Assembly: GCA_003223645.1 (NCBI GenBank)
Contig: QHVT01000014.1
Span: 38,264-102,263 of the forward strand
Direction: 5' to 3'
Source of the DNA: Acidobacteriota bacterium
GTDB taxonomy: Bacteria; Acidobacteriota; Thermoanaerobaculia; Gp7-AA8
Length of the DNA stretch: 64,000 nt
In this document: piece by piece, positions 1 through 7,759 of the stretch
Numbering within the stretch: position 1 is the first letter of the stretch
How the letters are laid out: every line of letters starts with the position of its first letter
Notes under the pieces: generated by a model
The model's database searches: none
Told to the model about the DNA's origin: nothing
Seen by the model: the letters and a program-made list of their open reading frames with translations, nothing else
Translations under genes and position numbers: made by a program

Positions 1-170
1 ACGATCGTCAGGAACGGGCGGAACACGGCCCACAACACGCCGATCGCCGTTTGTTTGTAGCGCACGAGGACGTCGCGCCAGGCCAGGAAGTAGATCAGCT
101 CGCGAAACTCCCACAGCTCTTCTAGGTTCAGACGTGCCAGTCCGCTGCGCGCCCGGATGATCTTGTGCAC
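1..170 (-). CDS. ABC-2 type polysaccharide/O-antigen exporter permease (Wzm/TagG/KpsM-like), 5' fragment cut by the window edge
   Basis: My own minus-strand translation from GTG 170 gives VHKIIRARSGLARLNLEELWEFRELIYFLAWRDVLVRYKQTAIGVLWAVFRPFLTI. This matches the conserved N-terminal signature of ABC-2 permeases (LW..REL...L..RD.kVRYKQT.lG..W). An in-frame TGA at 216-218 bounds the start. Not present in the ORF track. Confidence 0.7.
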   Translation of the reverse strand, partial: MHKIIRARSGLARLNLEELWEFRELIYFLAWRDVLVRYKQTAIGVLWAVFRPFLTI

Positions 171-217
171 ATCGTCGAATGTACGCGATCTGCCGCGATA
201 ATAGGAAGCCGACGCTC

Positions 218-1129
218 ATGCCGAAGACCGTGATGATTACCGGCGCTGGCGGTTTCCTCGCGGGACACATCGCCGGCGCGTTTGCTTCGGTTGGATGGCG
301 CACCATCGGCGTTGGACGCAGTGACGTCAACGCACAGCGCGGACGATTCGATGCGTTCGATCGGTATGACATCGCGGATGGAGCGCGCAACGTCGCGCTG
401 CTGCAGCGCGAGGAACCGCAAACGATCGTTCATCTCGCCGCTCCGGCGAGCGTTCCGCAGTCGATGCGCGATCCGCTGGCCGACCTGCGTGATCACATCC
501 TGCCGACCGCCGCGTTGTTGGAGAGCATCCGCGTCGCATCGGTCGATTCGCGCGTGATCCTGATCTCGTCCGCCGCCGTCTACGGGAACCCGAAGACCCT
601 GCCGGTGCGCGAGGACGCGCCGCTCGCGCCGATTTCTCCGTACGGATTTCACAAGCTGCAACAGGAATTGCTGCTCGACGAGTACATCGGCATCCACGGC
701 TTGCGCGGATGTAAGGCGCGTATCTTTTCGACCTACGGCGAGAACCTTCGCCGGCTCGCGGTCTGGGACATCGCGCGCCGCGCGCTTTCGGGACAGCATT
801 CGGTGTACGGCAGCGGCGACGAGACGCGCGATTATCTCTATGCCGGTGAAGTGGCGTGCGCGGTTGCGCTCCTCGCCGAACGAGCGGAGTTCCGCGGCGA
901 AGCGTGGAATGTCGCATCGGGGGAGTCGGTCACGATTCGCGATCTCGCGCAGAAGATTTTTCGCGCCGCGCACATCGAGGCCTCGCCGCAATTCACAGGC
1001 GAAGCTGTTCCCGGCTCGCCGCGATGCTGGCGCGCCGACGTCTCCCGAATTCGCGCCCTCGACTTTACGCCCGTGCACTGGTCGTCGGGTCTTGCGAGGA
1101 CGATCGACTGGATCCGTGCGCAGCCCTGA
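218..1129 (+). CDS. NAD-dependent sugar epimerase/dehydratase (extended SDR)
   Basis: ORF 179..1129. Start moved to ATG 218, giving MPKTVMITGAGGFLAGH (GxxGxxG Rossmann motif). YGFHK is the catalytic YxxxK. Lies in a glycan locus. Confidence 0.85.
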   Translation: MPKTVMITGAGGFLAGHIAGAFASVGWRTIGVGRSDVNAQRGRFDAFDRYDIADGARNVALLQREEPQTIVHLAAPASVPQSMRDPLADLRDHILPTAALLESIRVASVDSRVILISSAAVYGNPKTLPVREDAPLAPISPYGFHKLQQELLLDEYIGIHGLRGCKARIFSTYGENLRRLAVWDIARRALSGQHSVYGSGDETRDYLYAGEVACAVALLAERAEFRGEAWNVASGESVTIRDLAQKIFRAAHIEASPQFTGEAVPGSPRCWRADVSRIRALDFTPVHWSSGLARTIDWIRAQP

Positions 1130-1134
1130 ACTCT

Positions 1135-1252
1135 CCGTCGACCAACAACGGCACCAACTCCCCAAACTTCGTCCCCGCCTCCCACCCGAGATCCCGCTTT
1201 GCGTTCGATGCGTCGCCGCCGCGACGTCGCTGCCGCGGCGGATGCCGTCGCG
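1135..1252 (-). pseudogene. Relic copy of the 3' end of a GDP-mannose 4,6-dehydratase gene
   Basis: About 90-115 nt align by eye with 2656..2760 (the 3' end of gmd). Minus-strand translation GDASNAKRDLGWEAGTKFGELVPLLV compares with gmd GDASKAKRDLGWEAATKFGELVPLLV. No gmd-like sequence lies upstream of it. Confidence 0.6.
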
Positions 1253-1579
1253 CGTCTCGATCGCGATCGCGCGTTACTGCGGCGACTGTCCGACGCCGCG
1301 CGCGCGTCGCAGACGAGGATCCGATCGCATGAAGGAGCGCTCGATGCGTGGGCCGAAGCGTTCGAGTTCGCGCTTGATGCGCCGCAACGACGTGGATCTG
1401 CGCTGCCGCGCGCTCCGCGCGATCGCGGACGGCTCGCCGCGCTGCCGGACGCATTAACCGAACCTGTCCGCCGCGCGCGGCGCATCGTCCATGCGGACGC
1501 CGGTGACGAGTGGCCGCACTGGAGCGGCAACGCGGACGAAGCGTTATTCGAAGAGCTGCGCCGCTTCGGCGGCCGCTAG
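1199..1579 (+). CDS. Hypothetical protein (126 aa), weakly supported
   Basis: Open frame with third-position GC similar to neighbouring genes. It ends 12 nt before the GT2 start. No recognisable motif. Overlaps the gmd relic. Confidence 0.3.
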   Translation: MRSMRRRRDVAAAADAVARLDRDRALLRRLSDAARASQTRIRSHEGALDAWAEAFEFALDAPQRRGSALPRAPRDRGRLAALPDALTEPVRRARRIVHADAGDEWPHWSGNADEALFEELRRFGGR

Positions 1580-1590
1580 AATCTGATGCG

Positions 1591-2595
1591 ATGGCCTCGC
1601 TCCGTCACCGTATCGGCGCGCTGATCTACGACGGGCTTCCGTTCGAGCGAACGCTGCGCGCCGGCGATTGGCTGCTGTTGCGCAACCGCGCTGAAACCAT
1701 CACCAGTGACGGACGCGGCGTGCAGTGCCTGTGGGCATTGAGCTCCGACATCCACATCGCAAATGTCTTTCCGTCGACGAGCACGCGCATCCTCAAAGCG
1801 GCGCTGCGCGACTGGCCGATCGCACTCGAAGACGCGCCGCCCTCGATCAGCGGCGAAGAGCCGGCAGTGTCCTTCGTCATCGGACACCGCGGCCTGACGC
1901 GGCTTCCTCATCTATTACAGACGTTGCGCAGCATCGCCGCACAACGCGACGCCGCCATCGAATGCATCGTCGTCGAGCAGTCGTCGACGCGCGAGATCGA
2001 GCCCGCGCTCCCCAATTGGGTCCGCTATCTTCACACGCCGATCCCTTCGCCCGACTTCGATTACTCGCGCTCCTGGACGTTCAATGCCGGCGCCGGGATC
2101 GCGCATGGCCGCATTCTCGTATTACATGACAACGACATGCTCGTCCCACAGCACTACGCGCGCGAAATCCTCGCGCGCGCCAACGAAGGCTGGTCCTTCA
2201 TCGACCTCAAACGCTTCGTCTTCTATCTCGACGCACGCTACACGCAACGCCTTTTCGACACCGGCTTGCTGTCGACTGACGTCCACACGAGAGTCGTCCA
2301 AAACCTCCAGGGTGGCTCCGTCATCGCCGCGCGCGATGCCTATTTCGACATCGGCGGCTTCGACGAATCCTTCATCGGCTGGGGCGGTGAAGACAACGAT
2401 TTCCGCGAACGCGCCGACGCTCACGGCGGCGTCTATCCATTTGGCTACTTACCGATGGTGCACCTCTATCACGAGCCTCAGGCGGGAAAAATCCAAGGCA
2501 ACGCCGCGCCGGCCGTGCAGCGCTATCACGAGCTGGCAAAGATTCCGGCGGAGGAGAGGATTCGGCGATTGCGGGAATTGAGAGACAAGAGATGA
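1591..2595 (+). CDS. Glycosyltransferase family 2 (galactosyltransferase-like C-terminal region)
   Basis: ORF 1510..2595, start moved to ATG 1591. VSFVIGHRG...IECIVVEQSS is a GT-A N-terminus. LHDNDM is DxD-like. GWGGEDNDFRERA is present. Confidence 0.8.
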   Translation: MASLRHRIGALIYDGLPFERTLRAGDWLLLRNRAETITSDGRGVQCLWALSSDIHIANVFPSTSTRILKAALRDWPIALEDAPPSISGEEPAVSFVIGHRGLTRLPHLLQTLRSIAAQRDAAIECIVVEQSSTREIEPALPNWVRYLHTPIPSPDFDYSRSWTFNAGAGIAHGRILVLHDNDMLVPQHYAREILARANEGWSFIDLKRFVFYLDARYTQRLFDTGLLSTDVHTRVVQNLQGGSVIAARDAYFDIGGFDESFIGWGGEDNDFRERADAHGGVYPFGYLPMVHLYHEPQAGKIQGNAAPAVQRYHELAKIPAEERIRRLRELRDKR

Positions 2596-2641
2596 GCTGG
2601 ATGTCCCGTTCCCGCGCTGGCGAAGACGGCCCGTTACTGTG

Positions 2642-3616
2642 TTAGGCGCCTGGCGCCGTCCTGACCAGCAACGGCACCAACTCCCCGAACTTCGTTGCCG
2701 CCTCCCACCCGAGATCGCGCTTCGCCTTCGACGCGTCGCCGCGGCTGCAGCGGATGTCCGTCGGCCGGAAGAGCGACTTGTCGATGTCGACGTGTTTCTT
2801 CCAATCGAGTCCTACCTCGGCGAATGCCGCGGCGACGAATTCTTCGACGGTGTGGCTCTCGCCGGTCGCGATGACGTAGTCGTCGGCGCGGTCCTGTTGG
2901 AGCATGCGCCACATCGCGTCGACGTACTCCGGTGCGTAGCCCCAGTCGCGGGCGACGCCGAGGTCGCCGAGGGTGAGGCGGTCGCGGTGGCCGGCGGCGA
3001 TGTCGATGGCGCCTTGCACGATTTTCTTGGTGACGAAGCGGTCGCTGCGCAGCGGCGACTCGTGGTTGAAGAGGATTCCGGAGCAGGCGAAGATGCCATA
3101 GGCCTCGCGGTAGTTCGCGGTCGCCCAATGTGCGGTCGCCTTCGCGGTGGCGTACGGGCTGCGCGGCATGAACGGGGTGGTCTCGCTCGACGAGGTGTCG
3201 GGCGCGGTCTCGCCGAACACTTCGCTCGACGATGCGTTGTAGATACGCACGGGGAGTTTCATGTAGCGGACGACTTCGAGGAGGATGAGCATCGACTGCG
3301 CGATGCTCTCGATCGCTTCGATCGGCTGCGAGAAGGAGAGGCCGACGGAGGTTTGTCCGGCGAGGTTGTAGATCTCGTCGGGGCGCACGTTGGTGACGAG
3401 CTGCAGGACTTCGCGGAAGTCGCGCAGCGACGTCGAATGCGTGCGCACGTGGTCGCGCACGTTGAGCTGATGCAGGCTGCGGAACGGCTGCAGTTCGGCA
3501 TCGCGCGAGGTGCCGTGCACTTCGTAGCCTTTTTCGACGAGGAGGCGCGAGAGGTAGGCGCCGTCCTGTCCTGAAACGCCGAGGATGAGCGCGCGCTTCA
3601 TGTGCGCCGACATCAT
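2642..3616 (-). CDS. gmd: GDP-mannose 4,6-dehydratase
   Basis: Last ~324 codons of ORF 2642..4375. MKRALILGVSGQDGAYLSRLLVEKGYEVHG, SPYATAK (YxxxK) and ILFNHESPLR are present. Start is ATG 3616 (ATGA overlap with the upstream GT stop) or ATG 3601. Confidence 0.92.
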   Translation of the reverse strand: MMSAHMKRALILGVSGQDGAYLSRLLVEKGYEVHGTSRDAELQPFRSLHQLNVRDHVRTHSTSLRDFREVLQLVTNVRPDEIYNLAGQTSVGLSFSQPIEAIESIAQSMLILLEVVRYMKLPVRIYNASSSEVFGETAPDTSSSETTPFMPRSPYATAKATAHWATANYREAYGIFACSGILFNHESPLRSDRFVTKKIVQGAIDIAAGHRDRLTLGDLGVARDWGYAPEYVDAMWRMLQQDRADDYVIATGESHTVEEFVAAAFAEVGLDWKKHVDIDKSLFRPTDIRCSRGDASKAKRDLGWEAATKFGELVPLLVRTAPGA

Positions 3617-4656
3617 ACGATCGCGCGCAGATACGACTGAAAGTTCTCGAATGAAAAGTACTCGAGCCGCGGCGGGATGACACGCGACGGACGGGCGAGC
3701 AATTCGCGGATCGCCGCCTCGATCTCGGCGGGGTTGGCGGGATCGACGAGGAGGCCGAGCTCTCCCTCGAGCAACGCCTCGCATCCGCCGTCGTGTTTGC
3801 TGCCGATCACCGGCACGCCCGAGGCGAGCGCTTCGAGAAACACGAAGCCGAATCCCTCGCCGCGGCTCGGCATCACGTAGACATCGGCGAGGTTGTACAG
3901 GTCCGGTTTTTCTTCTTCGGGAAAGAGGCCGGTGAAGCGGACGCGGTCGGCGATGCCGAGGCGCGCGGCTTTTTCTTCGAGGCGCGCGCGGTCGTTGCCG
4001 CCGCCGCCGATCATGTAGACGACGTCGCTCGGAAGATGCGGAAGGACTTCGAGCACTTCGTCGAATCCTTTGTAGCGTTCTTCGGACGCGAGCCGTCCGA
4101 TCGTCAGCAGCACGCGTTTTCCGTCGAGGTCGTAACGTGCAACCAGATCGTTGCGCTTCGGACGGATGCCGTAGTTCTCGGCGTGGATCGCGTTCGGGAG
4201 GAGATGCACCGGCCCGTGATATTTCGACCACGTGAGAAAACGCTCGCAGGTGATGCCGCTGATGGAGATGACGCCGGCACAGCGATGCAGCAGTCGATTT
4301 GACACTGCTTTGCGCAGGCGCTTCCACGCTTCGATGCCGTAGATCATCAGCAGCGGATGCGCCGCGATCGAGCACGCGACCGGCAGCAGGTTGACGTGGC
4401 CGCAGATTACGACGTCCGCGTTCGCGCGCCGCACCTTCGCGATCGCGCGCATGTAGTGCAGCGGCCCGCGCGCCGCGTCGGCAAGAAATGTGATTTTTGG
4501 AGGAATGTCGCGCGGCTCGCTGCGAATGACGCGCGGCACGACGATCACTTCCTCGACGTCCCCGCGCAACGCAAACGCCTCGGCGAGATCGCGGTTGTAC
4601 AGCGCGATGCCGCCGTGTCCGCCGTACGCGTCGGTGCAGAGGAGGAGGATGCGCAT
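3613..4656 (-). CDS. Glycosyltransferase family 4 (GT-B fold)
   Basis: MRILLLCTDAYGGHGGIA at the N-terminus and EGFGFVFLEALASGVPVIG (E-x7-E region). Confidence 0.88.
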   Translation of the reverse strand: MRILLLCTDAYGGHGGIALYNRDLAEAFALRGDVEEVIVVPRVIRSEPRDIPPKITFLADAARGPLHYMRAIAKVRRANADVVICGHVNLLPVACSIAAHPLLMIYGIEAWKRLRKAVSNRLLHRCAGVISISGITCERFLTWSKYHGPVHLLPNAIHAENYGIRPKRNDLVARYDLDGKRVLLTIGRLASEERYKGFDEVLEVLPHLPSDVVYMIGGGGNDRARLEEKAARLGIADRVRFTGLFPEEEKPDLYNLADVYVMPSRGEGFGFVFLEALASGVPVIGSKHDGGCEALLEGELGLLVDPANPAEIEAAIRELLARPSRVIPPRLEYFSFENFQSYLRAIV

Positions 4657-4682
4657 GCGCTCATGTTAGCTGCGCTGGTGGC

Positions 4683-4809
4683 GGCTACGCTGATGGCATG
4701 GCGGATGGCAGATGGCAGATGGCAGATGGCAAGAGCGTGGGCGGTGTGGCCATCAGCGAAGCCGCCGACCGCGAAGCCGCCGACCGCGAAGCCGCCATCC
4801 GGCGCAGCC
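4683..4809. repeat. Composite low-complexity spacer: 4 x GATGGCA, 3 x 15-nt GCGAAGCCGCCGACC-type units, and outer complementary ends
   Basis: GATGGCA repeats at 4704-4731. Three 15-mers at 4756-4800. GGCTACGCTGATGGC (4683-4697) is nearly complementary to GCCATCAGCGAAGCC (4749-4763). The motif GCCGCCATCCGGCG recurs at 44971-44984. Confidence 0.75.
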
Positions 4810-4814
4810 GTGCG

Positions 4815-6563
4815 TCAGCGCAGTGCGTCGAACACGTAGTGCGCCCAGCTTCGCATGCGCGTCGACGTGCCGTCGGGCGGCAAATCCATCCACTGCCGCA
4901 TCGGCACGAAGAAGCCGGTCTTGGGGCGCTCGCGCAGCCAGCGCGGGAGCACGGCCGCGAGAGCGTCTTTGCAGGAGCTGCCGGCTTCGATGAGGAGCGG
5001 CGCGATCTGGCGGAGCAGCGCGGCGTCGACGAGCGGCGTGCGCACTTCGACGGAGTGGGCCATGCTCGCCCAGTCGGTGTCGCGCAGTAATTGATTGCGC
5101 ATGTACAGCGAGGCCTCGAGTGCGGCGATGCGTCCGTACGGAGTTCCGGGATCGGGTGTGATCGCGTTCTCGAACACGTCGAGAATCTTCAATCGATCGA
5201 GTCCGTATTCGGCTTCGTCGCGTCCGAGAATCGCGTATAGATCGGGCGGCATGTACAAGCCGCGCTGCAGCAGGTATGCGCCGGAATACGTCGCACCGTA
5301 GTTGCGCAGGAGGCGCTTTTTCGGATGTTTCGAGAATTTCGCGGCGATGCCGGCGATCGGCGTGCGCGCGAGGCGGAGCATCTTCGGGACGTTGATGAAC
5401 GAGGGATAGCCGCCGAACAGCTCGTCGCCGCCGACGCCCGACAGCGCGACTTTCACGCCGCCTTCGTGCACGGCCTTGCTGACGAACCAAGTGTTGACGC
5501 CGTCGATCGTCGGCTGGTCCATCGCCGCGAGAATCTTCGGCAGGTCGGCGTGGAACTCGTCGCGCGTGACCATGCGCGTCGTGTGAATCGTTCCGCTGTC
5601 GCGCGCGAAGCGCTCCGCGAGCGGAGCCTCGTCGCCGCTCGATCCGCGGAACTCTTCGAACGCGAGCGTGAACGTGCGCAGCGGCTCGGTCGCGATGCGC
5701 GACGCGATCGTCGTCAGCGCGGACGAGTCGATGCCGGACGAGAGGAACACGCCGACCGGCACGTCGGACACGAGATGATGCGCGACGGTTTCTTCGATGC
5801 GCTCACGTACGGCGATGTCGGGCTCGGTGAGATGCGCGATCGGACGCAGAGTGCACGCGCGCCGCAACACGCCGGCGACGGAGACGTGATGAAGGACGTC
5901 GCCGTGTCCGTGCTCTTCGTCGACGAAAAAGGAAGTTCCGGCCTCGACCGCGCGCACTTCCTTGCGAATCGTGAACGGTTCGGGAACGGATCCGGTGAGA
6001 AAAAATCCGGCCGCGCCCGCGGGATCGATCGTGCGTGAGACCGTGCCTCCGGCGAGGAGCGACTTCACCTCCGAGGCGAAGCGGATCGTTCCGCCGTCAT
6101 CGGCGAAGTAGAGCGGCTTGATGCCGTACGGATCGCGCGCGACGAACAGTCGCCGCATTCGCGTGTCCCAAATCACGAACGCGAACATCCCGCGCAACAG
6201 CCCCAACATGCGCTCGCCGTCGCGTCGATACAGCTGCAGCAGCACCTCGGTGTCGGTATGCGAATGAAACCGCGCGTTCGATCGCTCGAGTGATGCGCGC
6301 AGCTCGCGGTAGTTGTAGATCTCGCCGTTGTACGCGATCACGAGCTCGCGCTCGACGTCGAACATCGGCTGCGTGCCTTCGTCCGACAAGTCGATGATCG
6401 CGAGTCTGCGCGATCCGAGCCCCACGCGCGCGTCGGGCGAGATCCACGTGCCGCCGGCATCGGGTCCGCGCGCGCGCATCGACTCGGTGATCGCCGCGAG
6501 CTCGTTCGAGCTCACGCCATCAGCTGTCGAGCGGTAGCTGAAGATCGCGGTGATGCCGCACAT
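4815..6563 (-). CDS. asnB: Asparagine synthetase (glutamine-hydrolysing) family amidotransferase, glycan-locus type
   Basis: MCGITAIF has the Ntn nucleophile Cys2, which fixes the start. SSGIDSS is a PP-loop. 582 aa. It sits between glycosyltransferase genes. Confidence 0.88.
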   Translation of the reverse strand: MCGITAIFSYRSTADGVSSNELAAITESMRARGPDAGGTWISPDARVGLGSRRLAIIDLSDEGTQPMFDVERELVIAYNGEIYNYRELRASLERSNARFHSHTDTEVLLQLYRRDGERMLGLLRGMFAFVIWDTRMRRLFVARDPYGIKPLYFADDGGTIRFASEVKSLLAGGTVSRTIDPAGAAGFFLTGSVPEPFTIRKEVRAVEAGTSFFVDEEHGHGDVLHHVSVAGVLRRACTLRPIAHLTEPDIAVRERIEETVAHHLVSDVPVGVFLSSGIDSSALTTIASRIATEPLRTFTLAFEEFRGSSGDEAPLAERFARDSGTIHTTRMVTRDEFHADLPKILAAMDQPTIDGVNTWFVSKAVHEGGVKVALSGVGGDELFGGYPSFINVPKMLRLARTPIAGIAAKFSKHPKKRLLRNYGATYSGAYLLQRGLYMPPDLYAILGRDEAEYGLDRLKILDVFENAITPDPGTPYGRIAALEASLYMRNQLLRDTDWASMAHSVEVRTPLVDAALLRQIAPLLIEAGSSCKDALAAVLPRWLRERPKTGFFVPMRQWMDLPPDGTSTRMRSWAHYVFDALR

Positions 6564-7623
6564 TGCCCCAGTATCGCAGCACGATCATCGCCAAAAGAGC
6601 AATACAGCCGCTCACGTAGCCGATGTTCTTCGTCGACTGCACGACGGTCAGCACCGCCGACACCGCGAAGAGCAGCGTGATGAGCCAGATGAAGATGATC
6701 GTCTTGGCGGTGCTGCCGTAGCGCGCGACGAGGATGTGATGGATGTGGCGGCGGTCGGCGCTGACGACGCGCGTGAGCCGGCTGGCGAGCGACGTGCGTT
6801 CGCCGCCGAAACGCTGCTTCATCACAATCAACGTATCGATGACCGGCAGCGCGAGCGCGATCATCGGGCCGACGACGATGAGCAGCGTCGGCGACTTGCT
6901 CGGCTTCACGATCGAGCCGGCCGCGAGGAGCAGTCCGATGAACATGCTTCCGGTGTCGCCCATGAAGATCTTCGCCGGCGGCTTGTTCCACGGATAAAAG
7001 CCGATGAGGCTTCCCATCAGCGCGACCATGATGATGAGTGAGAAGTAGTCGTAACGCAGGATCCCGATCACCGTGAACGCGGCGGCGATGGTGATCGAAA
7101 CGACGGTCGCCAGCGAGTCGATGCCGTCGATGAAGTTGATGGCGTTGATGATGAAGACGATCCAGAGAATCGACGCCAGCCACCCGAGAACGCCGAGCTT
7201 GAAGGAGAGGCCGGCGATGGAGATCTCCGTGAAGCGGAAGCCGTAGGCGACGAGGATGAGCGCGGCCACCCCCTGGATCGCGAATTTCTTCGGCGCGTTC
7301 GCACCGATCAGATCGTCGTACACGCCCAAGCCCACGATCAGCGAGCCGCTGGCGAGGAGGCCGAAAAGGTAGGTGAGATTTTTCGTGACGAGGTTCACCG
7401 CGTGCGGATTCGCGGCGAGGAGGAGCAGGGGGAAACCGAATCCGAAAATGATCGCGAGTCCGCCGAGGCGCGGCGTGGCGACTTCGTGGCGCTTGCGGTC
7501 GTCGTCGGGGAGGTCGACGAGCCCGATGTGCGACGCGGTCTTGCGCACGACCGCCGTCGCCACGAACGACGTGAGCGCGCTGGTGATGAGAAGCAGGGTG
7601 AGAGGTACGTACTGAGCCAGCAC
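6520..7623 (-). CDS. Polyprenyl-phosphate HexNAc-1-phosphate transferase (WecA/WbpL/MraY family)
   Basis: Polytopic hydrophobic protein with DDLIGANAPKKF, NAINFIDGIDSLA and FMGDTGSMFIG motifs. Its 3' end overlaps the asnB start by 44 nt. Confidence 0.88.
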   Translation of the reverse strand: MLAQYVPLTLLLITSALTSFVATAVVRKTASHIGLVDLPDDDRKRHEVATPRLGGLAIIFGFGFPLLLLAANPHAVNLVTKNLTYLFGLLASGSLIVGLGVYDDLIGANAPKKFAIQGVAALILVAYGFRFTEISIAGLSFKLGVLGWLASILWIVFIINAINFIDGIDSLATVVSITIAAAFTVIGILRYDYFSLIIMVALMGSLIGFYPWNKPPAKIFMGDTGSMFIGLLLAAGSIVKPSKSPTLLIVVGPMIALALPVIDTLIVMKQRFGGERTSLASRLTRVVSADRRHIHHILVARYGSTAKTIIFIWLITLLFAVSAVLTVVQSTKNIGYVSGCIALLAMIVLRYWGNVRHHRDLQLPLDS

Positions 7624-7636
7624 TCGGAGGAAGATT

Positions 7637-7735
7637 GTAGTGGAGCGGCGGCCGCCCTCGGCCGCCGAGTTGCGAGCGTTCAGGCGCGAAGAGCGCGCCA
7701 GTTCCGGCGGCCGAGGGCGGCCGCCGCTCCACTAC
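7637..7735. repeat. R1 palindromic element (GTGGAGCGGCGNCCGC...GCGGNCGCCGCTCCAC), copy a
   Basis: Arms GTAGTGGAGCGGCGGCCGCCCTCGGCCGCC and GGCGGCCGAGGGCGGCCGCCGCTCCACTAC. Lies in the divergent wecA-like / ETF-QO gap. Confidence 0.85.
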
Positions 7736-7759
7736 AATGCGCCACCGAAGGAGCACTGA

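Noticed and set aside
2642-4375. 577-aa ORF as a single gene
   Set aside because: Only the C-terminal ~324 aa are GMD. The N-terminal 250 aa are Arg/Pro-rich shadow sequence that overlaps the well-supported GT4 gene (3613..4656) in another frame.
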